Below are positions 1-10,170 of a stretch of 64,000 bases of DNA, piece by piece. Positions within the stretch are counted from its first letter, which is position 1, and the number at the start of each line of letters is the position of its first letter. Origin of the DNA: a virus; UHGV virus genome UHGV-1352914. One strand, given 5' to 3'. The position numbers and the translations under genes were made by a program. The notes beneath the pieces are model-generated. The model made no database searches, was not told the DNA's origin, and worked only from the letters and a program-made list of their open reading frames with translations.

Positions 1-133
1 TAAGGAACGATGGTATGCAAGATTCCCTGACTGGGAAGAACAGGACAAACAACGCCGAGAAGTAATGGTAGGATAGTAAGCGAGTTACAACTTCCTCAAA
101 AATTTCTTCCAAAAACTTCTTGACAAAAATCTA

Positions 134-544
134 ATGCCTGCTATATTGGCCCTGTCACCGGGATTCCGGGGCAGGGCCAATTCCCTTCCCGCCAATCCCT
201 CCAGAATACAAACAAGCAAACCCGCAACAAACATGACAGCAAAAGAAGAATGGAAATCGTGGTTCACCGGCTTGGTGAAGGATGGGAAGGACAAACTAGC
301 ACTTATCACTTTGGCGACATTGCAATCTGGATTGTTTCTATATGTCCAGTACCGTGCCCTCATCTTCCTGAAAGATAATTCTCTTTTGGACAAGTTCTAC
401 GCTATGGTCATATTTATACCTGCGGTGCTCGTCCCATTCATGCTACACAAAGGCTCTTTGTTTCTCTTGCACTATATTCAACAACTTTTCCACATGGTAA
501 TCGTGCGTCCTGTGGTATGGGTAATCTATAAACTTGTTCGTTAA
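134..544 (+). CDS. hypothetical membrane protein
   Basis: 136-aa ORF, hydrophobic C-terminal half (IFIPAVLVPFML); first gene of rightward block; true start may be internal Met near 233. Confidence 0.35.
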   Translation: MPAILALSPGFRGRANSLPANPSRIQTSKPATNMTAKEEWKSWFTGLVKDGKDKLALITLATLQSGLFLYVQYRALIFLKDNSLLDKFYAMVIFIPAVLVPFMLHKGSLFLLHYIQQLFHMVIVRPVVWVIYKLVR

Positions 545-697
545 TATGTTTGAAGATATTTTAGTTTTATCTACAGTATCTGCTATAATAGGGCTTCTGC
601 TCATCCCGATTTGCGACGGGGCTTCCATATACGCAAAAGACCTGTGGAGCTATTACAAAGAAACGGACAATAAATCTAAACACATTGACAAGTAACC

Positions 698-985
698 ATG
701 ACCTATTCTCAAAGATTTAGGGACTACCTTGATACCACGCTGGATGCTCTTCCATCTCTCTCAATCTTCCCCATTGCCTTTACTTTCGTGTTTAAGGTGC
801 ATCTCCCTGAATATCCGATGATGGCGTGCTTCTTAGCAGTTCTCGGCATGCACGTGCTTCAGATTCTCTTTAGTGTAGCGGTGGTATCCATTCCGAAGAA
901 GGATTCTTTATTCTTTGCGATGGTCACCTACGTAAGTTCCGTATTCGTAATCCCCGCACTTTGCTTCCACTGGATGAAGAATTAA
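698..985 (+). CDS. small hydrophobic membrane protein
   Basis: 95-aa ORF with 2-3 predicted TM segments; same-strand tight packing. Confidence 0.35.
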   Translation: MTYSQRFRDYLDTTLDALPSLSIFPIAFTFVFKVHLPEYPMMACFLAVLGMHVLQILFSVAVVSIPKKDSLFFAMVTYVSSVFVIPALCFHWMKN

Positions 986-1248
986 GTATGAAAGACCTAG
1001 CAGAGTTATCCCCTTACATGGGCGTCTATTACCTCGCCATATTCGTGGGCTTTCTGGGCATTGGCATGCCCCTGCTGAACTCCCTCATCTTCTCGCTCAT
1101 TCTCGTCCTCATCGTTCTGGGGATGTGGTCCTTCCTCTACATCACCATCACACATCTATTGAAACGGAGTAGCCGAGACATGAACGTCAATATATTTGGC
1201 CTCTCCGCAACCTTGGTCACTCTCTTCTTCATAATTATATCGCACTAA
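961..1248 (+). CDS. small hydrophobic membrane protein
   Basis: 95-aa ORF, highly hydrophobic (LIFSLILVLIVLGMWSFLYITI); overlaps previous ORF end. Confidence 0.35.
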   Translation: MLPLDEELSMKDLAELSPYMGVYYLAIFVGFLGIGMPLLNSLIFSLILVLIVLGMWSFLYITITHLLKRSSRDMNVNIFGLSATLVTLFFIIISH

Positions 1249-1251
1249 ACC

Positions 1252-1635
1252 ATGTACACCGAAATTGCCATTGCCGCCCAAACAGTAGATTCCTACTTCT
1301 CCTATATGGGATTGGAGGAATCAGCCTCTGACCTCCAGTCCCATCTTCTGTGGGAGATTAAAGAATATCAGGAAGCCGACGCGGAGGACCGCGTCAAGGA
1401 AGCCTTCGACATTGCCCTTCTCGCCCTGCGGCTGGTAGAGGCGACGGGACGAGACGAGGGCTTCTCCTTCGAGGACAGGGTTCACCTCGTAACCGAAAAA
1501 TATCGGGAAGTCGCGGCCCGTATGAACCTCGCCGTTAAACTGTACAAGAAGGACAGAAACGCGGGAACTTCTATGAGTACTCCCCAAGAATATTATGCGC
1601 AAGCCAAGGAACAGTTAAATACTCCCAAACACTAA
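1252..1635 (+). CDS. MazG-like nucleotide pyrophosphohydrolase domain protein (tentative)
   Basis: 127 aa; EIKEYQEADAEDRVKEAFDIALLALRL resembles EExxE...E..D helical MazG core; adjacent to DNA polymerase. Confidence 0.35.
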   Translation: MYTEIAIAAQTVDSYFSYMGLEESASDLQSHLLWEIKEYQEADAEDRVKEAFDIALLALRLVEATGRDEGFSFEDRVHLVTEKYREVAARMNLAVKLYKKDRNAGTSMSTPQEYYAQAKEQLNTPKH

Positions 1636-3554
1636 TGCACGAAGAAATAGACCACCCCCCTGTATCATTTTCACTGCCTCACATTCCGGGGTATGAAATG
1701 GAGATTACAGACGACCAGACCAAGCTGACAGGCGATACCCTTGCCGTTGACTTTGAAACGTACTACGAGGGCAAATACTCCCTTAAGTTCATGGACCCGC
1801 ATTCCTACTGTCTGGACCCACGGTTCGACGCATACATCATGTCCGTCTATGACGGGAAGTATTGCTGGGTAGGACATCCGAAGGATTTTGACTGGGAGAA
1901 AACTACGAAGGACAAAACCCTCGTCGCGTTTAACGCCAGCTTCGACTATGCCGTTTACCTCTTCGGGCTTCACGCGCCGGGGGCCAAGGGCATCCCATGC
2001 ACTCCCGGTTTCCGGCCACCATTCCGGGAGTGGCTCTGTTCCCGTGCCGCTTCCAACTATCTTGCCATCTATGGTTCTCTTGACAAGATTGTCGCAAAGC
2101 TTTGGGGAGTAGAGATTAGCAAGGAAGTCCGAGCCAAAGCCGAAGGCGTTGATTTCCGCAAGATGGAGGTCATCCCCGACGACATGAAGGAATACGTGGC
2201 GGGTGATAGTTACTACTGTCTCGCCTTGTGGGACAAGATGAAGAACTTTTGGCCGGAAGATGAACGTGAATGCTGGCTCAATACCTGCATCATGGGATGG
2301 CGTGGGGTTCCGACTTCCCGCCAGTATCTTCTTGATGGATTGGAGAAACTCCATCAAGCACAAGAAGAATACAAGGAAGCCATTCCTCTCGAAAAGAAAC
2401 TCTCCATCCCCCAGCTACGCAAGGCGTGCGAGAGATTGGATATTCCCCCGCCGGAGACAACAAGTAAGGCCAGCGAAGATTTTACGGACTGGCTGGAAGA
2501 GTACGGCCATCTCGTTCCGTGGGTAACTCTTATCGGGAAGTACCGGAGCGTGAACCGCATGATTAGCATTACCGAGCGTATGCTTTCCCGCGTCTATACG
2601 GACCACGAAGGTGTTGAACGGCTTCCCTATACGCTGACCTATTGTGGAGCAAGTACGGGCCGTTGGTCTGCCGGAGGGGATAAGCTCAACCTGCAACAGC
2701 TTAACCGTGAAGATGTTCTGGGCTTTAACCAGCGCAATGCCATTCAAGCACCCGAAGGGTTTAAGCTTGTAGTATGTGACTGGGCCGGGATTGAAGCACG
2801 TCTGACCGCATGGCTCTGCGGGCAGGAGAAAATTCTTAACTCCCTCCGTGGGGGCGAGAAGGACATCTATGCCGCTAACGCGAAAGGCTGGGGCCTCATT
2901 CCTGATGACGTTGAGGACTTCAAGCAGTACTGTAAGGAAACTCCGGGAAAAGCGGACCTTCGTCAGCACGTGAAGGCTGGGGTACTTGCCTGTGGCTATA
3001 GTGCGGGCTGGTCTGCAATTCAACGCGCAAACCCCGGAATGGACAGGAACCAGTGCCAAGCGATTGTGGATATGTATCGCAGTCGTAGCCCGGAAGTAGT
3101 TGCATGGTGGAAAGAGTTGAACGCATTAGCGGCTCGTGGCTATCGTACCCCCTCCCATAGCTTCGCGCTCTCCCTCCCCTCTGGCCGGAAGCTCTATTAT
3201 CGTAACTGTTACAAGAAGCTCGTTCAACCTAAAGATGGTCGTCGCCCCTATATCGCAACCTGCGTCGATTTAGGATACAAGACCTCTATTGTCAACACCA
3301 ACCTCCTTAGCAACAATAACATACAGGCAATCGCACGTGACCTCATGGTCACCACGTTCAACCGCTTGTGCAGGGAGTTAGAGGGTGCGCAACCTATCCT
3401 TCTCGTACATGACGAAGCCGTAGTGATGGTCCCGGCTGACCGTGCCGAGGAATACGCCCAGCACATTGAACAGATAATGGAAGAAACTCCGCAGTGGGCT
3501 TCCTCCCTTCCGCTCCTTGCTGAACCTGAAATCATGGACCGGTATCACAAATAA
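1635..3554 (+). CDS. family A DNA polymerase with 3'-5' exonuclease domain
   Basis: 639 aa; exo motifs (DFETYYEG, AFNASFDY); pol motif A DWAGIEARL (cf DYSQIELR), motif B RQHVKAGVLACGYSAG, motif C LVHDEAVV. Confidence 0.85.
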   Translation: MHEEIDHPPVSFSLPHIPGYEMEITDDQTKLTGDTLAVDFETYYEGKYSLKFMDPHSYCLDPRFDAYIMSVYDGKYCWVGHPKDFDWEKTTKDKTLVAFNASFDYAVYLFGLHAPGAKGIPCTPGFRPPFREWLCSRAASNYLAIYGSLDKIVAKLWGVEISKEVRAKAEGVDFRKMEVIPDDMKEYVAGDSYYCLALWDKMKNFWPEDERECWLNTCIMGWRGVPTSRQYLLDGLEKLHQAQEEYKEAIPLEKKLSIPQLRKACERLDIPPPETTSKASEDFTDWLEEYGHLVPWVTLIGKYRSVNRMISITERMLSRVYTDHEGVERLPYTLTYCGASTGRWSAGGDKLNLQQLNREDVLGFNQRNAIQAPEGFKLVVCDWAGIEARLTAWLCGQEKILNSLRGGEKDIYAANAKGWGLIPDDVEDFKQYCKETPGKADLRQHVKAGVLACGYSAGWSAIQRANPGMDRNQCQAIVDMYRSRSPEVVAWWKELNALAARGYRTPSHSFALSLPSGRKLYYRNCYKKLVQPKDGRRPYIATCVDLGYKTSIVNTNLLSNNNIQAIARDLMVTTFNRLCRELEGAQPILLVHDEAVVMVPADRAEEYAQHIEQIMEETPQWASSLPLLAEPEIMDRYHK

Positions 3555-4909
3555 TGAGTGCGCTCACTCCATTCCCGCCCCAAGAAGATTGCATCCATAA
3601 TATGGTGGACGCAATTACCCGGCACGGCTATGTAATAAATAAATCCTGCACGGGTACGGGGAAGACGCTGGTCACCATTGAAACCGCGAAGGCTATGGGT
3701 AAGAAACTTCTTGTTATCTGCCCGGCCATTGTTGTCACCCAATGGAAGCGAGCGATTGAACAGCAAGGAGCGGATGTGGTGGACGTCCTCTCATGGGAGA
3801 AGGTGCGCAGGGGGAGTACCCCCTACTACAAACGCCCGACAAAGATTCCCAAGTCCCGGATAGTCTTCGGGGCTTGGACCCTCCCTGACAACTCGTTGCT
3901 TGTATTCGATGAAAGCCACAAGGCCAAAACGTATGGCAGTCAGAGCAACATCATGGCATTAACCGCGGCCCATCAAGGGCTTCCGACGATTATGCTCTCT
4001 GCCACTCCGTTTATGTCTCCCCTCGACATGAGCGTTCCCGCAACGTATGCCAAGTGGATTCGAGACCCAAGGCGAGGGTTCTGGCTCTGGGCACGTATGC
4101 ACGGATGCACCGATAGCTTCTGGGGAGGTATCGAGTTTAAGCTCAACCCACGCAACCTCGCCAAGATGGAGAGCCTGAAACAAAAGCTCTTCACCACCGG
4201 GGTTATGACAGAGATTGACAAGGATAGACTTGACACTTTCTTCCCGGAGAATAGAATCGAATACCTAACCGTGGACGTGGACATGAAAGGCATGAGAGAG
4301 ATTAAACAGTTGCAGAAAGCACTTGACAAGCTGGACAAATCTTGGAGCCAGTCCATCCAATGGGCTAACGAGAAGGGAACCGAACTTTCTGCTATCGTTG
4401 AACTCCTTCGGCTTCGCCAGCAATCTGAACTGGCTAAGCTCCCCACGATGGCAGAGAAGGCAGTTGAACTTCTGGACAGCGGATATAGCGTCGCCATCTT
4501 CGTGTCCTTCCTCGACAGTCTCGCTACACTCTCGGAACTCATTAACAATAAATCGGGAAGAACCATTCCCTACTCCGAGATTAGTGGAGCGGTGATTGGA
4601 GATAGCCGACAAGAAGAGGTGGACAAGTTCCAACGGAATGAAGTTCCGCTTGCTCTCGTGCAGATTAGCGCAGGAGGAACGGGGGTATCGCTTCACGACA
4701 CCGAGGGTGGCCACCCACGCGCCGCACTCATTTCACCTGATTTTTCCCTTTGCTCGCTATTGCAAGCCCAAGGACGTATCGCCCGCCTCGGCGCAAAGTC
4801 ACACACACTGCAATATATCGTGACTGCCTCCGGTACGGTGGAAGAACGAATCATACAATCACTCAACACAAAAGAAATTTGTCTTAACGCATTAACATCA
4901 AATGGCTAA
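3554..4909 (+). CDS. SF2 DEAD/DEAH-box type helicase
   Basis: 451 aa; Walker A CTGTGKTLVT, DExH box VFDESHKA, C-terminal helicase motif (QAQGRIAR); start overlaps polymerase stop. Confidence 0.7.
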   Translation: MSALTPFPPQEDCIHNMVDAITRHGYVINKSCTGTGKTLVTIETAKAMGKKLLVICPAIVVTQWKRAIEQQGADVVDVLSWEKVRRGSTPYYKRPTKIPKSRIVFGAWTLPDNSLLVFDESHKAKTYGSQSNIMALTAAHQGLPTIMLSATPFMSPLDMSVPATYAKWIRDPRRGFWLWARMHGCTDSFWGGIEFKLNPRNLAKMESLKQKLFTTGVMTEIDKDRLDTFFPENRIEYLTVDVDMKGMREIKQLQKALDKLDKSWSQSIQWANEKGTELSAIVELLRLRQQSELAKLPTMAEKAVELLDSGYSVAIFVSFLDSLATLSELINNKSGRTIPYSEISGAVIGDSRQEEVDKFQRNEVPLALVQISAGGTGVSLHDTEGGHPRAALISPDFSLCSLLQAQGRIARLGAKSHTLQYIVTASGTVEERIIQSLNTKEICLNALTSNG

Positions 4910-6116
4910 TAACGAAACCAACACTCACAGCAAGTACAGTCCGAGTAAGATGGCGTTGCTCGCTACCTGTCCCGGATATGTTCCACGCCCCATGACCCAA
5001 GAGGAAGAAGAGGATGACTTCTCCCCGGCGGCCATTGGCACTCGTGTTCACGCGGCCCTCGAAACCAAGAATCCAGATTCCCTTTTGACCAAGCATGAGC
5101 ACATCCTCTACACCGCGGCCTCCAACATGGTCGAACGGCTCATGTCTATCTTTATGACCGAGGTACAAACGGACAAGGTAGAAGTTCTTCCGGAGCATAA
5201 GTTTGAGGGAATTGTCTTCAATCCCGACGACGATGCACAGACAGGAACGGCTGACGTTCTTGTCCGGCATGGTGATACCTCCATGATTATTGACTACAAG
5301 ATGGGGATGGTCCCCGTATCCGACCCTGCCGAGAATACCCAGTTCATCTACTACGGTATGCTGGAAATGGCAGAACGCCCTGAATGTAAGCGCATTATCC
5401 TCGCGGTGGTACAGCCCAGCCAGACAGAGAGCATGAAGATGGCGGCGTTCTACCGTGATGGTAAGGGGCCGAAGTTCACCACCGACATGCCCGCAGTCCC
5501 AATGGACGAGGCTACCGCAAGGGGAAACATGAGCGCAGTCATTGCCCGCCATTGCCGTGATGCGGAGAATCCCTATGCCTACTCCTCCTCTCCACACGTC
5601 TGCCCCTACTGTTCCCGTCTCGCCCGGTGCAAGAAGGTGACTAGCATGGCCCGTAACTTCTCACTTAAAGTATTGAAGGACAAGGACCTAGCGGAGGGAA
5701 TGATTGACAATGTCGGTACGGCGATGGACAACCCGGAAACCCTTGGCTCCCTGCTTTCCTTTGCAAACATTATCGCGGAGGCCAACAAGGTACACAAGGA
5801 CTATGCCAAGACCCTCTTCGCTTGTGGCATTGATGTTCCCGGCTGGAAGTATGCAAGGCGAGGCAATACTGTGAAGGTGGACAACGATGCCTTCCGTGCC
5901 TACGTCGAGCAGTACATCTCCCCAGAGGAAATTCTGGACAACATCTCCCGCCTTCCTGTGTCGAAGCTTCTTGACATAGTCGTGGATAAACATAAAGTTG
6001 AAGGAGCCACACGCGCCGAGATTAAGGAAGCCAAGGAATCCTTACTCGAAGAGCTTCAAGAACTTGGAGTAGTGAAGGAAGTGACGAGCGCAATGGCATT
6101 ACTCAAAATTAAATAA
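4902..6116 (+). CDS. PD-(D/E)XK nuclease, Cas4/RecB-like with Cys cluster
   Basis: 404 aa; D...IIDYKMG nuclease motif; one N-terminal Cys (LLATCPGY) plus C-terminal CPYCSRLARC, i.e. the 1+3 Cys pattern of Cas4-like Fe-S exonucleases. Confidence 0.55.
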   Translation: MANNETNTHSKYSPSKMALLATCPGYVPRPMTQEEEEDDFSPAAIGTRVHAALETKNPDSLLTKHEHILYTAASNMVERLMSIFMTEVQTDKVEVLPEHKFEGIVFNPDDDAQTGTADVLVRHGDTSMIIDYKMGMVPVSDPAENTQFIYYGMLEMAERPECKRIILAVVQPSQTESMKMAAFYRDGKGPKFTTDMPAVPMDEATARGNMSAVIARHCRDAENPYAYSSSPHVCPYCSRLARCKKVTSMARNFSLKVLKDKDLAEGMIDNVGTAMDNPETLGSLLSFANIIAEANKVHKDYAKTLFACGIDVPGWKYARRGNTVKVDNDAFRAYVEQYISPEEILDNISRLPVSKLLDIVVDKHKVEGATRAEIKEAKESLLEELQELGVVKEVTSAMALLKIK

Positions 6117-6121
6117 ACCTC

Positions 6122-6149
6122 TTGACATTTCACGAACTTGTGATATGTT
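6122..6149 (+). promoter_or_regulatory. sigma70-type promoter TTGACA-N16-TATGTT
   Basis: -35 6122-6127, -10 6144-6149; ~68-nt leader to ATG 6225. Confidence 0.45.
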
Positions 6150-6224
6150 CTGTTACGGAAATTGCCGCGAGTAATTCACCGAGTAAAGAAGCTCGCAAAC
6201 ACAAACCAAGAACAAACGAATACT

Positions 6225-6974
6225 ATGGCTACTAAGAATACTGAACCCAAAGATGACGCATTGGAACTGGGAACCCCGGAACCCAATCAACTCGCGCTTG
6301 CCACGGAATACCATTCCTTCGAGGGCGAGACCGACGCTTCGGACATCCAGATTCCTTACCTCAAACTTTGGCAAGCCTCCTGCGACGAGGCTAAACTGGA
6401 AGAACCAGTGGGTAGTTTGGGTGCGTTCCTTCTCAACGGTCTGGTCGTTGCCGAGCGCAACAATCCTCTGGAATGTATTGTATTGAAGGCTCGTAAGTTC
6501 TTCCGCGAATATATTCCGTACAACGAACGTCAGCCGGGCGTATATGCTAAAACGTGGCTTACGAAGGAACAGTACGAAGCAGAAGGCTACGACAAGTCGC
6601 AGGTCAACCGCGCCCTCGCCATGTGGCTACTGGTTAAAAAGCCGCAGGGTATTAAGGACGCAAGCACCACGGAGGAAGACCTTGATGCTCTCTTCACTAT
6701 TGACTTCATGGGCGACCAGTGGACGCTGGCACGATACACGCCGGAAGGTAATCAGTATACGGGCGTTGGTGCTCCCTTCATTCAGTTCATGATGTTGAAG
6801 GGGAACAAGCTCGGCTCCCTGCCCTTCCGTGTCCAGATTGGAGCACAGCGAGCGGTCTCCCGTGACGGTAAGAACAGCTACGCCAAAGCGTATCTCAAGT
6901 TCAAACCGCACCCGGTGGAAGGACAGGTTGAAGCTATCCAAGAGATGGGCCTCCTTTCCGCGGTCACCAAGTAA
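6225..6974 (+). CDS. hypothetical protein (possible ssDNA-binding/annealing protein by context)
   Basis: ORF-track start 6162 is TTG inside the promoter; first ATG at 6225 (MATKNTEPKDD); lies between nuclease and resolvase; followed by terminator. Confidence 0.45.
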   Translation: MATKNTEPKDDALELGTPEPNQLALATEYHSFEGETDASDIQIPYLKLWQASCDEAKLEEPVGSLGAFLLNGLVVAERNNPLECIVLKARKFFREYIPYNERQPGVYAKTWLTKEQYEAEGYDKSQVNRALAMWLLVKKPQGIKDASTTEEDLDALFTIDFMGDQWTLARYTPEGNQYTGVGAPFIQFMMLKGNKLGSLPFRVQIGAQRAVSRDGKNSYAKAYLKFKPHPVEGQVEAIQEMGLLSAVTK

Positions 6975-7044
6975 ACCACTCCCGGCTCTGACGGGTTTAT
7001 CCCGTAGCACCGCATTGCGGGTAAAAAAGGAGCACGTTCTATTC

Positions 7045-7083
7045 GGCCATCATAGTACACTATGGTGGCCGTCTTATTTTTCC
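7045..7083 (+). terminator. rho-independent terminator
   Basis: GGCCATCATAG-ACACT-CTATGGTGGCC then GTCTTATTTTTCC. Confidence 0.5.
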
Positions 7084-7086
7084 GAC

Positions 7087-7115
7087 TTGACTAGTAGGGG
7101 TTTATCCAGTATAGT
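7087..7115 (+). promoter_or_regulatory. sigma70-type promoter TTGACT-N17-TATAGT, leaderless onto resolvase gene
   Basis: -35 7087-7092, -10 7110-7115; ATG 7121 only 5 nt downstream. Confidence 0.5.
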
Positions 7116-7120
7116 CTGTC

Positions 7121-7633
7121 ATGCAGATATTAGGTTGTGACCCCGGAACCCACGGAGCACTCGTACTCGCGGACACCCGGACTAAAAAAATCTGGATAAA
7201 ACACATGCCAGAGGACGAAAGGGAATTGGAGGTAATCCTCAACAAACTGCCGAGTAGCCGTCGTATCATGTACATTGAGAAGATGTCCTATGCCATGAGT
7301 GGCGGCGGCAAGGTGTCCAATCCGAGAAGTAGCGGCATCCTTGGCGAAGCCACCGGGAAGGTCCTCGGCTATGCCGCGGCGGCGGGGTACAATATTACAC
7401 GAGTCCCCCCTGTCGTATGGATGCGGGCTATGGGTGCGTATGATACGGGACTAACCGCAAGGGACCGCACGCGGTGGAAGAATAACTTGAAGCGCATCGC
7501 AATGGAGAACTTCCCCAATGCGAAGGTGACATTGCAGAACGCTGACGCTCTTCTCATACTACTGTATGCCTACCGGGAACTGAACAACGACCACACATTA
7601 ACTCTCGATAGCTGGGACATAGAAAGACTATAA
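7121..7633 (+). CDS. RuvC-like Holliday junction resolvase
   Basis: 170 aa; N-terminus MQILGCDPGTHGALVLAD matches RuvC/YqgF ILGIDPG motif; later acidic residue (MYIEKMS); leaderless start 5 nt after -10. Confidence 0.6.
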   Translation: MQILGCDPGTHGALVLADTRTKKIWIKHMPEDERELEVILNKLPSSRRIMYIEKMSYAMSGGGKVSNPRSSGILGEATGKVLGYAAAAGYNITRVPPVVWMRAMGAYDTGLTARDRTRWKNNLKRIAMENFPNAKVTLQNADALLILLYAYRELNNDHTLTLDSWDIERL

Positions 7634-7639
7634 CCTATT

Positions 7640-9475
7640 ATGGCACGCCATTTCACGAGATACGGACGACAGTGGGAGTACGGGGTATCAGAGCTTGACA
7701 TTGAACTCTGGTGCTTCAAATACGCATGGCCGGAAGAGAAGGGAGGGCTGGGCAGATACGGCCACGCCAAGAACGCCATCAACCTCCTGTGGAACTACAA
7801 GGGCAGTCCCACCCCCATCGTCTGGACCCCGTGGCTTGAACGCATGATAGAAACGGCGTGCAAGTATGATGTGGTCATCATGGGAGGCGGCTCCTCGTCT
7901 GGGAAGTCCTTCTCTATGGCTATCATGGCGACGCTCTTCTATCTGGCCGACCCGGTCGATACCCTTTGCCTCGTCACGTCGACTACCATCGAGGGTGCGA
8001 AGAAACGTATCTTCAAGGACATTAAACGACTGTGGCGCAAGGAGTTCCCCGGCAAGCTCGTTGACGGTAAGGGACAGATTAAAGGCGTGAACGAGAACGG
8101 AGGCATTGACGATTCCCGCGGCATCTCTATTATCCCCTGCGCGAACGTCGGCGACCCCAGCAGTCGCTTTATCGGTATTAAGGCAAAGAACATGCACGTC
8201 TTTTACGATGAACTTTCCGAACTGCCAATGGAACTCGTCGAGGTGTGGCGCACCAACCTTATTACCAACAGAGCGGACACCCCTCCGACCTTGATGGCCG
8301 CGTCCAACCCCAAGAGCCGTACCGATGCCTTCGGTGTGATGGCTATGCCCAAGAATGGGTGGAACAGCGTTGACATCTTTGAGGAACACGAATGGGAGAC
8401 CAAGGACGGGATTTACATCCGCTTCGACAACCTCCAAAACCCTCGCATCAAATATGGTCGCGAAGACTGGAGCTTCTATACGCCGTTGGACATTGTTCAG
8501 CAAACGGTTGAACAGTACGGGGAGAATAGCCCGTTCGTGATGCGATTCCACCGGGCCACCTTTTCAGATGATGCGGAAGAAGGTTCGCTAATGTCGGAAG
8601 CTGAAATTTACGGCAGTGGCGCAGATGCCATGCCCGTCTGGGGAGACGGCGAGTTGATTACCATCGCGGGATTGGACCCGGCCTATACCAACGGCGGCGA
8701 CCAGTCATGCTTGAAGCTCGCCAAAGTTGGAAGGACTGTCGAGGGCCTCTGGGCTTGTGCAGTCTTCCGTACCTATCTGTTGAAGTCTACGTCCGACAAG
8801 GAACGGATGAAGCAAAGGAACTTCGACATCGCCCAGCAAGTCGGAGAGATTCTCCGCGCGAACAATGTCGATAGCAAGTACCTTGCGGTTGACGTAACCG
8901 GGGGTACTGGTTTCATCGACATCCTCGCCCAACATGTCGGTACGGACTTCCAGACGGTCAGCTTCGCGGGTATGGCGAGCAAAGTGCCTATCGGTCTGTT
9001 GCAGAATCAGGAGGCATGCCAGCAGTATAGCAACAAGGTCTCCGAGCTTTGGGGTTGTATGAAACTGGCCATCAACGCTCGCCAACTCTACGGCCTTGAC
9101 CCGACAACTATCGTCGAGCTTAAATCCCGGCTCTACACCATGAACGGAACCCGAATTGCCGTGGAACCCAAGGTAGCCATGAAGAAACGGATTCATAAAT
9201 CCCCGGACAACGCGGACGCCCTAGCTCTACTGGTTCACGTATGCCGGGGAATCATGGGACCAGAGTTCGGTAAGATTAGGCTTGACATTCAGAATCATAA
9301 GGTGGTAGAACATCAAGAGGTAATCAAATATCGCGAAGATGGAACCGCATATATTGAATCCGCGGACATTGGCAGATACCTCGGAGGGTTTACCCATGAC
9401 GGCAACGCCTCCGCTCCTGCTCGCGACACCTTTGCTTCCGATGTATCCACCGCAATGCAAACTCTTTGGAACTAA
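7640..9475 (+). CDS. terL: terminase large subunit
   Basis: 611 aa; Walker A VVIMGGGSSSGKSF near N-terminus, C-terminal nuclease-like acidic residues; directly upstream of portal/head genes. Confidence 0.8.
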   Translation: MARHFTRYGRQWEYGVSELDIELWCFKYAWPEEKGGLGRYGHAKNAINLLWNYKGSPTPIVWTPWLERMIETACKYDVVIMGGGSSSGKSFSMAIMATLFYLADPVDTLCLVTSTTIEGAKKRIFKDIKRLWRKEFPGKLVDGKGQIKGVNENGGIDDSRGISIIPCANVGDPSSRFIGIKAKNMHVFYDELSELPMELVEVWRTNLITNRADTPPTLMAASNPKSRTDAFGVMAMPKNGWNSVDIFEEHEWETKDGIYIRFDNLQNPRIKYGREDWSFYTPLDIVQQTVEQYGENSPFVMRFHRATFSDDAEEGSLMSEAEIYGSGADAMPVWGDGELITIAGLDPAYTNGGDQSCLKLAKVGRTVEGLWACAVFRTYLLKSTSDKERMKQRNFDIAQQVGEILRANNVDSKYLAVDVTGGTGFIDILAQHVGTDFQTVSFAGMASKVPIGLLQNQEACQQYSNKVSELWGCMKLAINARQLYGLDPTTIVELKSRLYTMNGTRIAVEPKVAMKKRIHKSPDNADALALLVHVCRGIMGPEFGKIRLDIQNHKVVEHQEVIKYREDGTAYIESADIGRYLGGFTHDGNASAPARDTFASDVSTAMQTLWN

Positions 9476-10128
9476 TGCAATTACGAGCCGCCGCAAAGAT
9501 AGCCGCCCCCAAACCAGTCACGAATGAAAACACTGTCATTAGGAAGGCCATTGAGATGTATAAGGCAGGGACACCCGTGCCTGTCATCTCCGAGGTAACT
9601 GGCCTCCCCCGTGAACGGGTTGATAAGATTGTCGATAGCGTCCAACTCTCGAAGGAGGAACTGGCTATCCGCAATGAACTTCTCAATACGTACACGCAGA
9701 ACACACAGGCCCGCATCCTCCAACGCCAAGAGGCGAGGACGAAGATAGAGCTTGACATTGTCGAATCCATGAGCAATCAGTACAAAGAACTGATGAACAA
9801 AGGGTTCTCCCGTGTCGCTTCCTTTATGGCTGATGCAGAGATACAATCGATAAAGGATGTCCCTCTCTTCCTCTCTATCATGGAGCGAAGCCACGGCCTG
9901 TGGGAGAGGTTTAACGAAGCGATTGCGAAGCGTGACATGGACCTCTTGTCACAGGTTATCCAGCAGTTCGAATTGGAACAAACCGAGCTAGTGACGCAGA
10001 TGGGATTGCAGGGAGGTCCTATTACGCTGAATAAGGATGGCACTCGCCCCGAACTGGAAGAGGGAAGTGCGGCCAGAACCATCACCTTGAAGCTCAAGAA
10101 GAAGGGCGAAAAGCCTGAAGCTGACTAA
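9466..10128 (+). CDS. hypothetical protein with N-terminal HTH-like segment
   Basis: 220 aa; overlaps terL stop by 10 nt; VISEVTGLPRERVDKIVDS helix-turn-helix-like; coiled-coil rest. Confidence 0.45.
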   Translation: MELMQLRAAAKIAAPKPVTNENTVIRKAIEMYKAGTPVPVISEVTGLPRERVDKIVDSVQLSKEELAIRNELLNTYTQNTQARILQRQEARTKIELDIVESMSNQYKELMNKGFSRVASFMADAEIQSIKDVPLFLSIMERSHGLWERFNEAIAKRDMDLLSQVIQQFELEQTELVTQMGLQGGPITLNKDGTRPELEEGSAARTITLKLKKKGEKPEAD

Positions 10129-10170
10129 AAATAACATTGACAACGTCGTCCATTTGCGTATATTGAGGGC

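Noticed and set aside
7688-8551. 287-aa minus-strand ORF
   Set aside because: Antisense within the large terminase gene
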